From the IMG/VR virus record IMGVR_UViG_3300027362_000069, positions 1 through 24,251 of that record: a DNA stretch of 24,251 nucleotides. The stretch is one strand, 5' to 3'. The translations under genes were made by a program, and so were the position numbers. Under the pieces are notes generated by a model that ran no database searches, was not told the origin of the DNA, and saw only the letters and a program-made list of their open reading frames with translations. The stretch is from a virus. Lineage: Duplodnaviria; Caudoviricetes. Positions 1 to 8,165 of the stretch are shown one piece after another; the stretch's first letter is position 1, and every line of letters begins with the position of its first letter.

Positions 1-261
1 ACGCTCCGGCTCGCGCAGGGCGACCGCGTCAAGGCATGGCCGATCCCGATCCCGTTCGATGCCGGCGTCTGGCAGGCCGGGCGGACGTATCCCAAGGGGG
101 CCGTCGTGACGCGGCAGGGGGCGCTGTGGATTGCCCAGAAGGACGTCAGCTTGGCTCGGCCGGGGGATGAAGGCGAAGCCTCGCGCGCGTGGCGCCTGAG
201 CGTCAAGGGGGGCAAGGACGGCAAGCCGGGGCCGCCGGGACGGGACGGGTCCAACGGATGA
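1..261 (+). CDS. C-terminal fragment of head-region protein with CBM5/12-like Trp/Tyr motif and short collagen-like tail (5' truncated)
   Basis: Frame 1 translated by hand: ...FDAGVWQAGRTYPKGAVVTRQGALWIAQKD...AWRLSVKGGKDGKPGPPGRDGSNG*, stop TGA 259-261. Not in the ORF track because the start lies outside the window. Confidence 0.75.
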   Translation, partial: TLRLAQGDRVKAWPIPIPFDAGVWQAGRTYPKGAVVTRQGALWIAQKDVSLARPGDEGEASRAWRLSVKGGKDGKPGPPGRDGSNG

Positions 262-329
262 CGATCTATCATCGAGCGATCTGGCTCTCGCGCGTGAGCG
301 GGTGGGATTGGGTGTGGATTGTCCTATGA
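258..329 (+). CDS. Putative 23-aa Trp-rich mini-ORF (MTIYHRAIWLSRVSGWDWVWIVL)
   Basis: ATGA overlap with the upstream stop (258-261) and ATGA overlap with the downstream start (326-329); fills the gap exactly. Confidence 0.45.
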   Translation: MTIYHRAIWLSRVSGWDWVWIVL

Positions 330-928
330 CGATCGTTCCCAAGCTCTGGCCCGGATCGACGGTGGTCTGTATCGCCACCGGTGCGAGTCTGACGCAGGCC
401 GATGTCGACGCCTGTCGGGATCGTGGCTTTCGCGCGATTGCCATCAACAACGCCTATACCGTGGCGCCGTGGGCCGACGCGCTCTATGCCGGGGATCAGA
501 AGTGGTGGCAGTGGCATCAGGGGTGCCCGACCTTCACGGGCCGGAAATACACGCTCGAGCCCCAGAAGATTCGCTGGCCAGGGCTGGAAGTCCTCCGGCG
601 GGACGGGTCGCACGACCCCGGCCTCTGCCTGACGCCGGACGGGCTGCGGACGGGCTACAACAGCGGCTATCAGGCCATTAACCTGTCGGTGCATTTCGGG
701 GCCAGCCGGATCGTGCTGTTGGGCTATGACATGCACGGGGGGCACTTCTTCGGCAAGCATCCCGACGACACGGCGCCGCCGTTTCACTTGTGCATTCCCC
801 ACTTTGCCACGCTGGTCGAGCCGCTGGCGGCACTGGGCGTCTCGGTCGTCAACTGCACGCCCGGATCGGCGATTCCGTATTTCCCGCGCGCCCCGCTCGC
901 GTCCGTGCTCGCCGAGGTCGCGGCATGA
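326..928 (+). CDS. Maf/DUF115 (MptE-like, CstII-fold) putative glycosyltransferase, 200 aa
   Basis: Motifs VVCIATGASL, IAINNAY, ALYAGD, NSGYQAINL..HFGASRIVLLGYDM, VVNCTPGS. Start placed at ATG 326 by the ATGA overlap. Confidence 0.7.
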   Translation: MTIVPKLWPGSTVVCIATGASLTQADVDACRDRGFRAIAINNAYTVAPWADALYAGDQKWWQWHQGCPTFTGRKYTLEPQKIRWPGLEVLRRDGSHDPGLCLTPDGLRTGYNSGYQAINLSVHFGASRIVLLGYDMHGGHFFGKHPDDTAPPFHLCIPHFATLVEPLAALGVSVVNCTPGSAIPYFPRAPLASVLAEVAA

Positions 929-1833
929 CCCGCGTCTTTGGCGTGGATTATCAGTTCCGCGCCTGCGGATCGGTCTTCACCGAGGGCCTGCATCATGCGG
1001 CCGACGCGCTCGGGCTGGTCTATACCCATGCGGACTGGACGGTGCTCCCGGCGCAGATCACCGCGTTTCGACCGGATCTCGTGCTGGTCGTGCATGGGCG
1101 CAAGTTTGCCCAGCACCGGATGCGGAAGATGAAAGCGGGGGCCGCTCAGACGGCCGTCTGGCTGCTCGATGAGCCGTATGAGGTGGATGATACGGCGTCG
1201 TGGTCGTCTCGCTTCGATCACGTGTTCGTGAATGACCCGGCCAGCCTGCCTCGGCATGAACGGTCGTCCTATTTGCCGGTCTGTTATGACCCTGTGGTCC
1301 ACGTCGCAGGCACGCAGCCCCGGCCGCACGCCGTCGGATTTATTGGCGGGGGGAATGCGACCCGGGACACCTATCTCGGGGCCCTGGCCGACCTGGGCCT
1401 CCTGACCTATGCCATCGGCGGGCCGTGGTCCCATGCGGGCGTCCAGCGGGTCTGTCGCGCGCTGAACATCCCGGCCAAAGACGTGCCGCCGCTGTATCGG
1501 CAGACCCGCCTCGTGCTCAACGTGTTTCGGGAGCAGCATCACTTCAACCGCGAGCACCTGCCGGCGACCTCCCTGAACCCGCGCGTCTATGAGGCCCTCG
1601 CGTGCGGGGCGCTGGTCGTCAGTGAATGGCGCCCGGAGATCGAGACGGTCTGCCCCGAGCTGCCGACGTTCCATTCCGTGGCGCAGTGCCTCGAGGTGGT
1701 CATGGGACTGCTCGCCGATCCGGATCACGCAGAACAGATTCGGCAAGCGTGCTGGGCGCGCATCCAGCCGCACACCTACGCGGCGCGGCTCGCGCGCGTG
1801 CTCGAGCGGTGCGGGCATGAGGCCGCCGCATGA
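925..1833 (+). CDS. CgeB-family GT-B glycosyltransferase (Glyco_trans_1_2-like), 302 aa
   Basis: PDLVLVVHG, AVWLLDEPY, FDHVFVND, VGFIGG, LVLNVFR, NPRVYEALACGALVVSE, HTYAARLARVL. ATGA overlap at 925 with GAGG upstream. Confidence 0.85.
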   Translation: MTRVFGVDYQFRACGSVFTEGLHHAADALGLVYTHADWTVLPAQITAFRPDLVLVVHGRKFAQHRMRKMKAGAAQTAVWLLDEPYEVDDTASWSSRFDHVFVNDPASLPRHERSSYLPVCYDPVVHVAGTQPRPHAVGFIGGGNATRDTYLGALADLGLLTYAIGGPWSHAGVQRVCRALNIPAKDVPPLYRQTRLVLNVFREQHHFNREHLPATSLNPRVYEALACGALVVSEWRPEIETVCPELPTFHSVAQCLEVVMGLLADPDHAEQIRQACWARIQPHTYAARLARVLERCGHEAAA

Positions 1834-2528
1834 AGGCGACGACGTTTCGAACCGTAGTGGGCACGGCGCAGACGCCGACGCCGCACGTCAGCATCGTGTC
1901 GACGATCTATGACCGCACGGCGTGCCTCTCGACCTGTCTCCGCTCGATTCAGCGCAGCGGCTATCGCGACCTCGAGCAGATCGTGGTGTCGGATGCTCCG
2001 GGGCCAGCCGTCGAAGCGGAGATTACGCGACAAGTGCAGGCGCTCGCTGACCCGCGCGTGCAGTATCTCGCGCTCGACCACAGGGCGAACGATTGGGGCA
2101 TCACGCCGGCCGCCGTAGGCCTGCGCGCGGCGACCGGAACGTATGTCGCCTTCCTCAGTGATGACAACGCCTATCTGCCGACGCATCTCGGGCCGCTGGT
2201 AGCACTGCTGGACGCTGAGCCGACTCTCGGCTTTGTCTACTCGTCGTGCCTCTATGATGGGCGCGTGCAGTTGGCGGCGGCCCCGCCGAGGGGCGGCAAG
2301 ATTGACCTGGGGCAACCGCTGTTTCGTCGCGCGGTGTTGCAGGCGCAGGGCGTCGACGATCTGCCGTTTCACGCCCACGCCTGGGACTGGTATCTGATCG
2401 AACGGCTGATGGGCGCGGGCGTGCCGTGGCGGCATCATCCTGCGGCGACGTTTCTCTTTCGAGCGGCGGCGTATCCGCAACTCGTCGGGGTGGCCCGTGA
2501 GCGACGAGGAGGCCCTGATGCACCGTGA
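1830..2528 (+). CDS. GT2-family (GT-A) glycosyltransferase, 232 aa
   Basis: PHVSIVSTIYDR, EQIVVSD, GLRAATGTYVAFLSDDNAY (acidic metal-binding motif), AWDWYLIER. ATGA overlap. Confidence 0.85.
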   Translation: MKATTFRTVVGTAQTPTPHVSIVSTIYDRTACLSTCLRSIQRSGYRDLEQIVVSDAPGPAVEAEITRQVQALADPRVQYLALDHRANDWGITPAAVGLRAATGTYVAFLSDDNAYLPTHLGPLVALLDAEPTLGFVYSSCLYDGRVQLAAAPPRGGKIDLGQPLFRRAVLQAQGVDDLPFHAHAWDWYLIERLMGAGVPWRHHPAATFLFRAAAYPQLVGVARERRGGPDAP

Positions 2529-3036
2529 GGCCCTCCAGTTTTTCCACGCGGCCCTGCAACGGATCCCCCACCGCCGGGTCGTGGTGGAAATTGGCGCCCG
2601 GAACATCAACGGGTCGCTGCGCTCGCTGTTTACGCAGACGCCTCCCCAGACGTATGTGGGCATCGACCTCGTGCCTGGGCCGTGCGTCGACGTGGTCGCC
2701 AACGGCGCCACCTATACGCCGGCGTCGGTGCCCGACGCGGTGCTCTGTGCGGAGGTGCTCGAGCATACCGAGCACGCGCAGGCGATTTGCGATAACGCGT
2801 GGACGATGCTCGGCCCTGACGGCGTGTTCGTCGTCTCGGCCGCCGCCCCGGACCGCCCGCCGCATTCGGCGAAGGATGGCGGCCCCATTGACGACGGCGA
2901 GTTTTACCGCAACGTCGACCCCGCCGTGCTCCGACAGTGGCTGCGGCGATTCGAGACCGTGGAGGTCGAGCATCACCCGGACCGGGGCGACGTCTATGCG
3001 GTGGCGTGGAAACGAGACGTCACAGGGCCGACCTGA
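2518..3036 (+). CDS. Class I SAM-dependent methyltransferase (putative sugar O-methyltransferase), 172 aa
   Basis: VVEIGARNING motif I, YVGIDLVPGPCVDVV, DAVLCAEVLEH, LGPDGVFVVS. Strong SD GAGGAGG at 2506-2512 before ATG 2518. Confidence 0.85.
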   Translation: MHREALQFFHAALQRIPHRRVVVEIGARNINGSLRSLFTQTPPQTYVGIDLVPGPCVDVVANGATYTPASVPDAVLCAEVLEHTEHAQAICDNAWTMLGPDGVFVVSAAAPDRPPHSAKDGGPIDDGEFYRNVDPAVLRQWLRRFETVEVEHHPDRGDVYAVAWKRDVTGPT

Positions 3037-3083
3037 TGACATCTGGCGGCCGGAAGTGATCGCATTGCTGGGGCACGATTGAT

Positions 3084-3389
3084 ATGGCTGATCTCGTCAC
3101 GCTGACGCAGGCGAAGAATCATCTGGGGCTGCCGCTGGCCTTGACGGACAACGATGACGACGTGCGGCTGAAGATCAGCCAGGCGAGCGACACCGTCATC
3201 GACTACCTCAAGAGTCGCGCGGATCTGTCGTGGACGTCGGACAGCGTGCCCGGGCCCGTGCAGGCGGCCTGCTTGCTGCTGCTGACGCATTTCTACGAGA
3301 ACCGGGGCCAGGACCAGCAGGCCGACATGGCGGTCTGGGAGGCGGTCGGGAGGCTGCTGGTGCGGTATCGGGATCCCGCGCTCGCGTGA
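3084..3389 (+). CDS. Head-tail connector (HK97 gp6 / SPP1 gp15-like)
   Basis: LVTLTQAKNHL...DDD...VPGPVQAACLLLLTHFYENRG...LLVRYRDP is typical of the family; position fits. Confidence 0.9.
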   Translation: MADLVTLTQAKNHLGLPLALTDNDDDVRLKISQASDTVIDYLKSRADLSWTSDSVPGPVQAACLLLLTHFYENRGQDQQADMAVWEAVGRLLVRYRDPALA

Positions 3390-3392
3390 CCT

Positions 3393-3737
3393 ATGGACAC
3401 CGGACAACTGCGCCATCGCGTCACGCTACAGACACCGGGGGCCGCGGTCCCCGATGGTGAGGGCGGTTACACTGACAGCGTCACGACGCTCGTGAGCCGT
3501 GCGCCCGCGTCCGTGGAGCCGGCGACGGCCCGGATGCTCGAGCGCATCGGGGCGAACACGGTCACGCCGATGGCCACGCACCTGGTGACGTTGCGGTATC
3601 TGTCAGGGGTGACGACCAAGACGCGGGCGATCTTTCACGACGTCACCGATCGCGACTTCGCGGTGACGGGCGTCTTTGACACGGACATGCGGCATCGCGT
3701 GCTGGTGCTGACGTGCGCGGAGCGGGTGACGGTATGA
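3393..3737 (+). CDS. Head closure / head-tail joining protein (SPP1 gp16-like)
   Basis: MDTGQLRHRVTLQTP...DGEGGY...THLVTLRYLSGVT...LVLTCAE. Confidence 0.9.
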   Translation: MDTGQLRHRVTLQTPGAAVPDGEGGYTDSVTTLVSRAPASVEPATARMLERIGANTVTPMATHLVTLRYLSGVTTKTRAIFHDVTDRDFAVTGVFDTDMRHRVLVLTCAERVTV

Positions 3738-4171
3738 GCCAGAATCGACTCGTGTTCGATGGACTCGCGGAACTCAAGGCCGCGCTGCAAAACCTACCCA
3801 AAGAGCTGGTCGGTGAAGCCAGCAACGAAGCGTTGGGCGCCGCCAACGGGGCGGCGGTGGATATTCGACGCGGCTATGCGCCGACGGCTGAATCGCTGGC
3901 GCAGGCCGTGGTGGTCCAACGTGACGCGGTCAGTCAGAACGGCGCCTGGGTCGCCGGTGCCCGAGTGATCACACGGCACAAGCTCGCGTGGATCTTCGAG
4001 AACGGCACCCAGACGCGGGCGTATGTCACGGCGCTCGGCAACACGCACCGGACCGGGGCGATGCGTCCCCAACACGTGTTCGTCCCGGCCGTCATGCGCG
4101 CGCGGCTGCGGTTCTATCAGCGCTTGGCAGACCTGCTGCGGCGCAAAGGGTTACTGGTGAGCGGTGGCTGA
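3734..4171 (+). CDS. HK97 gp10-like tail-completion/morphogenesis protein, 145 aa
   Basis: DGLAELKAALQNLP...AWIFENGT...GAMRPQHVFVPA. ATGA overlap at 3734. Confidence 0.85.
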   Translation: MSQNRLVFDGLAELKAALQNLPKELVGEASNEALGAANGAAVDIRRGYAPTAESLAQAVVVQRDAVSQNGAWVAGARVITRHKLAWIFENGTQTRAYVTALGNTHRTGAMRPQHVFVPAVMRARLRFYQRLADLLRRKGLLVSGG

Positions 4172-4580
4172 TACCTCCGACATCGACGCGGCCGTGGTCG
4201 GGCGCCTGCTCGCGGACGCCACCTTGATGGCCCTGATGCCCGACGGCGTTTATTGGGACGTCGCCAAACAGGGCGCCACGCGGTTCGTGATCGTGTCGCA
4301 AGTGTTCCACCTCGACGCGCCGATGCAGGCCACGACGGCCTATGAACAGGTCACATATCTAGTGAAGGCGGTCGAGCTCGCGACGAGCGGTGCGAACATC
4401 CAGGCGGCGGCGGCACGGATCAACGTGCTGCTGCACGATACGACGTTCACGGTCACAGGCTACAGCCTGATGAATAGTCAGCGGATCGAGCGCGTGCGGT
4501 ATGTGGATCCAGACCCCGAGGATCCAGATGTCAGATGGCAGCATCGGGGCGGACGATATGAACTCACGGTATCCCCCTAG
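4164..4580 (+). CDS. Tail terminator (DUF3168 / SPP1 gp17-like)
   Basis: AVVGRLLADATLMALMPDGVYWDVA; sits between the gp10-like gene and the tail tube. GTG start. Confidence 0.8.
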   Translation: MADTSDIDAAVVGRLLADATLMALMPDGVYWDVAKQGATRFVIVSQVFHLDAPMQATTAYEQVTYLVKAVELATSGANIQAAAARINVLLHDTTFTVTGYSLMNSQRIERVRYVDPDPEDPDVRWQHRGGRYELTVSP

Positions 4581-4616
4581 GGTCGGGCAAGTGGTCTACA
4601 CGTAAAGGAGTCAGTC

Positions 4617-5024
4617 ATGGCGCGTATTCACGGCAAGAGCGGGCAAGTGCTCATGGACGAGTCGGGCGGCAGCCCGTATACCCCCACCGAAGTGGCGGAC
4701 ATCTCCGCCTTTACCCTCAACCTCTCGTCGGAGCGCGTGCCGGTCACGTGTTTCGGCGATACCAACATCGTGCGGGTCACGGGCCTGCCAGACTTCAGCG
4801 GGACGGTCGCGGGGTTCTGGAACAGCCTCACGTCTCCACGGCTCTTTGACGTCGTTCTGGCCGGCTTACCCGTCGACCTCAAGCTCATCCCGAGTCGCAA
4901 CGAGGCCACGTTCTTCTTCGAGGGTCTGGCGAACATCGACGGCTCGATCGATGTCTCCGCGACAGGTGCGGTCTCGTTCGCGGGCACGTGGGACGCGGCC
5001 GACAACTGGACGATGGCGCCCTAA
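4617..5024 (+). CDS. Major tail tube protein, 135 aa
   Basis: Strong SD AAAGGAG; RIHGKSG...VPVTCFGD...VTGLPDFSGTVAGFW beta-rich tube pattern; canonical position. Confidence 0.85.
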   Translation: MARIHGKSGQVLMDESGGSPYTPTEVADISAFTLNLSSERVPVTCFGDTNIVRVTGLPDFSGTVAGFWNSLTSPRLFDVVLAGLPVDLKLIPSRNEATFFFEGLANIDGSIDVSATGAVSFAGTWDAADNWTMAP

Positions 5025-5033
5025 GGGCTGGCC

Positions 5034-5363
5034 ATGACGACGGGCGGATTGATCCGCGCGGGCGTGGGCTACATCACGTGGTCCTACTACCGCGCGGGTT
5101 CCTGCACGCAGGTCACCGTCTCGCGCTCGACGCCTCACATTGCGTGCAAGTGTGCACGGTGCGCGGAGGGGCGCTGGATGCTCAGGGCGACGCTCGTCTT
5201 GTCGGATGCATTCAAGTTGTCGAAGAAGCCGCTGTTGTTCGTCGTGCCGACAAAGAAGGGCGACATGGTCTGGCCGATTACCGACCTGGAGATCAAAGAC
5301 CGGGCGGTGACGGCCTCGCTCGGGACACCGTTATCGGAGGGGAGTGTGGTCCGTGGGGTTTGA
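5034..5363 (+). CDS. Hypothetical beta-rich tail-region protein with CxCxxC, 109 aa
   Basis: Fills the gap between tube and chaperone; plausible codon usage; contains CKCARC. Confidence 0.7.
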   Translation: MTTGGLIRAGVGYITWSYYRAGSCTQVTVSRSTPHIACKCARCAEGRWMLRATLVLSDAFKLSKKPLLFVVPTKKGDMVWPITDLEIKDRAVTASLGTPLSEGSVVRGV

Positions 5364-5754
5364 CGCGTTCGTCCAGCCGAAGAAAGTGCGGCTGTCGCTC
5401 AGTCACGATTCGTTCATCGACATTCGCGACCGGCTCAATGCCGGCGAGCTCGAGGACTTGCATGCCATCTGGCAACCGCTGATCACGCCTGGCCAGGGCG
5501 TGAAGATGCAGACGCGGCAGGTCCGCTTCGCGAAGGTGCAGGCGTATCTGCTCGGCTGGTCCTATACCGACCACGGCCAACCCGTCGAGGTCAGCGAGGG
5601 GGCGATCAACAGCCTGGCGCCGGAAGTGTTCTCGGAGATTCACCGGGCGATCGAGCGGCACGAGTGGCAGCGTGATGCAGAAATCGAGGAACAGAAAAAA
5701 AACCCGTCTGGCGCGACCGAGTTGAGCGAAACCTCGCCATCTGTCGCGCCATGA
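5353..5754 (+). CDS. Tail assembly chaperone (gpG-like), about 133 aa
   Basis: Lies before the tape measure gene; LLGWSYTD motif; ends EEQKKNP with a slippery site. SD GGAGG/GGAG at 5336-5344 before GTG 5353 (GTG 5344 is an alternative). Confidence 0.8.
   Translation: MGFDAFVQPKKVRLSLSHDSFIDIRDRLNAGELEDLHAIWQPLITPGQGVKMQTRQVRFAKVQAYLLGWSYTDHGQPVEVSEGAINSLAPEVFSEIHRAIERHEWQRDAEIEEQKKNPSGATELSETSPSVAP
5697..5703 (+). other. Programmed -1 ribosomal frameshift heptamer A AAA AAC
   Basis: CAG AAA AAA AAC in the chaperone frame fits X XXY YYZ; the -1 frame is open to TAG 5841-5843. Confidence 0.85.
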
Positions 5755-5843
5755 ACGGCTGGCGGTACGCCTGGGTCGAGGAGTTACCGCCTGAAGTGTA
5801 TGAGGTCTTAGTCACATGGTTGACGCGTCCTCCTGAAGAGTAG
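5700..5843 (+). CDS. gpT part of the frameshifted gpGT tail chaperone
   Basis: The -1 frame reads KPVWRDRVERNLAICRAMNGWRYAWVEELPPEVYEVLVTWLTRPPEE* and stops 3 nt before the tape measure ATG. Confidence 0.8.
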   Translation, partial: KPVWRDRVERNLAICRAMNGWRYAWVEELPPEVYEVLVTWLTRPPEE

Positions 5844-5846
5844 CGC

Positions 5847-8165
5847 ATGGCCATCACGGGAAAATTCGTCGCCGACTTTGCCAGCTTCCAGGACGCGGTC
5901 CAGAAGGCGACGGTGTCGCTCGTGGGCATGGAGACCGGCGCCGGCAAAGTTTCGACCAGCCTCAACAAGATGGTCGACCAGTTCTCGGGTCGGAAGATCA
6001 TCCAAGACGCGGAGCTGATGTCGCAGGCGTTCGAGCGGTTAGCCCAGGAGGGCATCGGTCTCACGAACGCCGAACTGCAACGGATGGGCCGCGTGGCCGA
6101 CGAGGCCATCGCGAAGCTCAAGGCGGGCGGGCAAGAGGTCCCGCCGGGGATGCAGAAGATCGCGGACGCCGCGAAGAACATCAAGCCCCAGCTCGATCAG
6201 GCCTCGAGCGGCATGGACCGGATGTTTACCACGCTGAAGTCGATTGGCGGCGTGCTCGGGATCGCGTTCTCGGCCCAGGCGCTGGTCGGGTTTGTCGGGA
6301 GTGTGTTCACCGCGGCCAGCTCGGTCAAGGATTTGTCGGATCGCTTGGGCGTCTCGACGGATGCGGTCCAGCGATTCAAGTTTGCGGCCGAGCAGGGCGG
6401 CGGGTCTATTGATGACGTCGGCGCGTCGATCGCCAAGATGAACGACAACCTGGCGACCGGATCGAAAGAGACCTACGAGGCCATCAAGTTGCTCGGTCTC
6501 AGCTTCGACGCGGTGCGCCGGCAGAGTCCCGAAGACGCCTTCCTGGGAATCACGGACGCACTGAAGAACATTGAAGATCCGATGCTCCGCACGCGGCTGC
6601 AAATGGACTTGTTCGGCAAGGCCTCGGCGGGCATCGGCGCGCAGATCGCGAGCGGGTTTAGGGAAGCGTCCGATGCCGCGGACATCATGTCGGCCCAGAC
6701 GATCAAGGACTTGGAGGCGGCGCAGCAGGCGTGGGAAAACCTCGGGAATAAGGTCGTCATTGTCAGCGGGAACATCATCGCGAGCACGATGCGGACGGTG
6801 TCGCAGGCCACCAAGAGCTGGCAAGACTTCCTGGTGTTCGTGAGCAATGCCACGACGATGGGCGTGGGGGCCGCCGCTGCGTTGGCGAGCGCGACGGCGG
6901 AGGCGGCCAGGGCGGCGCAGGCGATCGACTCCGTCTCGTCCGGGGGCGCGCTGAGCCGGCAGGCGGCGATGGCGGCCGGGTTCGCCGCCACGAAGGTGGA
7001 GATGGCGGCGGCGGCCGAGGCGGCGAAGCAACTGAAGTCGGCGATGGACGCCGCGGCACAGGCGGGCGTCAAGTCGTACAAGGATCACCAGAAGCACCTG
7101 AAGGACATGGCCGACCAGACCGAGGCCGTCAACCTCCAGATGCACATCTTGGTCAAGGACAGGCTCTCTGAGCTCGGCACGCGTGGCGTGCTCCATTTGC
7201 GCTCGACCTCTGACGAAGCGGTACGGCTGGGCCTGGCGCTCTCGGGCAATATGCCGGTCGTGGCCGGGCTCGGGAGAGAGTTCGAGCACGTCGGCGCCAA
7301 AGTGCAGGTCGTGGTGCCGAAGCTGGAGACGTTCAAGCTCAACATGAGCGACCTGTCACGGGCGATGGCTGAGCTCGCGACCGTGTCGACCGGTAGTTTC
7401 GGCGCGATGGCCAGCGGATTCGCGTCCCTCATCAATGCCGCCAACGCCGCCTCGAAAGCCATCGACAACATCAAGGCCGGGTCCAAGGCCGGGTTCAGCA
7501 TGGACGGCATCCTGGGCATGGCGACGGGCATCATGGGCGTCGTCACGGCAGCAGCGACGGCCATCAACGCGATCAAGCAACTCTGGTCGGTGTTTGACCG
7601 CAACAAGGGCCGCGACGCGGTCGAGGACTTCGCGGAATCCTTCGGCGGGTTCGATGCGCTGCACAACAAGCTGCTCGAGCTCGGGGATGCCGGCGAGGCG
7701 CTGTGGGTCAAGTTGACCCAGGGCGTCGGGCGCAACAATCCCGAGCAGGCCGCGAAGGTCATCGCGGAAGTCGAGGCGGCGCTCGCGCGCCAGGCGGAGG
7801 CGCAAGACGACGTTACCGGCGCCACCGAGGAGCAAGCCCAGGCCACCATCGAGACGGCCAGCCAGGCCGCCAAGGCGCTCGACGAACTCACGCCGCGGCT
7901 GAAGGCGAACGAAGACGAGTGGCGCTCCTGGGGCGACGTCGTCACCGCGCAGATTCAGAAGATTGCGGACGGGATGCGCGGGCTCCAGATGCCGTCGCCC
8001 TCCGGTGGGGGTGGTGCGCTCCCCAGCGCGGCGGCCATTTCCCAGGCGAGCGCAGTGCAGTCGCAGAGCACGGTCATTGTGCATTCCTACATCGATGGAC
8101 GGGAGGCCGCCCAGGGCGTCGCGCCGTATATTCCCGGCGTCGTGCAAAGCTACGGGTTGGCCTGA
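5847..8165 (+). CDS. Tape measure protein, 772 aa
   Basis: Long Ala/Gly-rich helical protein; DLSDRLGVSTDAVQRFKFAAEQGG and ALKNIEDPMLRTRLQMDLFGK TMP patterns; C-terminal VHSYIDGREAA; follows the chaperone frameshift. Confidence 0.95.
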   Translation: MAITGKFVADFASFQDAVQKATVSLVGMETGAGKVSTSLNKMVDQFSGRKIIQDAELMSQAFERLAQEGIGLTNAELQRMGRVADEAIAKLKAGGQEVPPGMQKIADAAKNIKPQLDQASSGMDRMFTTLKSIGGVLGIAFSAQALVGFVGSVFTAASSVKDLSDRLGVSTDAVQRFKFAAEQGGGSIDDVGASIAKMNDNLATGSKETYEAIKLLGLSFDAVRRQSPEDAFLGITDALKNIEDPMLRTRLQMDLFGKASAGIGAQIASGFREASDAADIMSAQTIKDLEAAQQAWENLGNKVVIVSGNIIASTMRTVSQATKSWQDFLVFVSNATTMGVGAAAALASATAEAARAAQAIDSVSSGGALSRQAAMAAGFAATKVEMAAAAEAAKQLKSAMDAAAQAGVKSYKDHQKHLKDMADQTEAVNLQMHILVKDRLSELGTRGVLHLRSTSDEAVRLGLALSGNMPVVAGLGREFEHVGAKVQVVVPKLETFKLNMSDLSRAMAELATVSTGSFGAMASGFASLINAANAASKAIDNIKAGSKAGFSMDGILGMATGIMGVVTAAATAINAIKQLWSVFDRNKGRDAVEDFAESFGGFDALHNKLLELGDAGEALWVKLTQGVGRNNPEQAAKVIAEVEAALARQAEAQDDVTGATEEQAQATIETASQAAKALDELTPRLKANEDEWRSWGDVVTAQIQKIADGMRGLQMPSPSGGGGALPSAAAISQASAVQSQSTVIVHSYIDGREAAQGVAPYIPGVVQSYGLA

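Noticed and set aside
326-3036. Gtr-type serotype conversion or DNA hypermodification cluster
   Set aside because: No membrane GtrA/GtrC-like proteins, no separate promoter seen, and no linked nucleotide-modification enzymes. Disfavoured but not excluded without experiments.
5019-5037. CCC-TAA at the tail tube end, resembling the SPP1 gp17.1 +1 frameshift signal
   Set aside because: The +1 frame stops at TGA 5035-37 after only KGWP, and the next gene is in frame 0, so no domain is added. The CCC-TAG ending at 4580 likewise leads to a quick stop.
4988-5482. 164-aa alternative-frame ORF across the tube/chaperone junction
   Set aside because: No SD, no slippery site leading into it, and shadow-like composition.
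7703-8164. N-terminal extension of the tail-tip ORF shown in the track (likewise the starts at 790, 9853, 10982, 19779, 23084)
   Set aside because: Arg/Gly-rich shadow sequence overlapping real upstream genes; coupled or SD-supported starts exist downstream.
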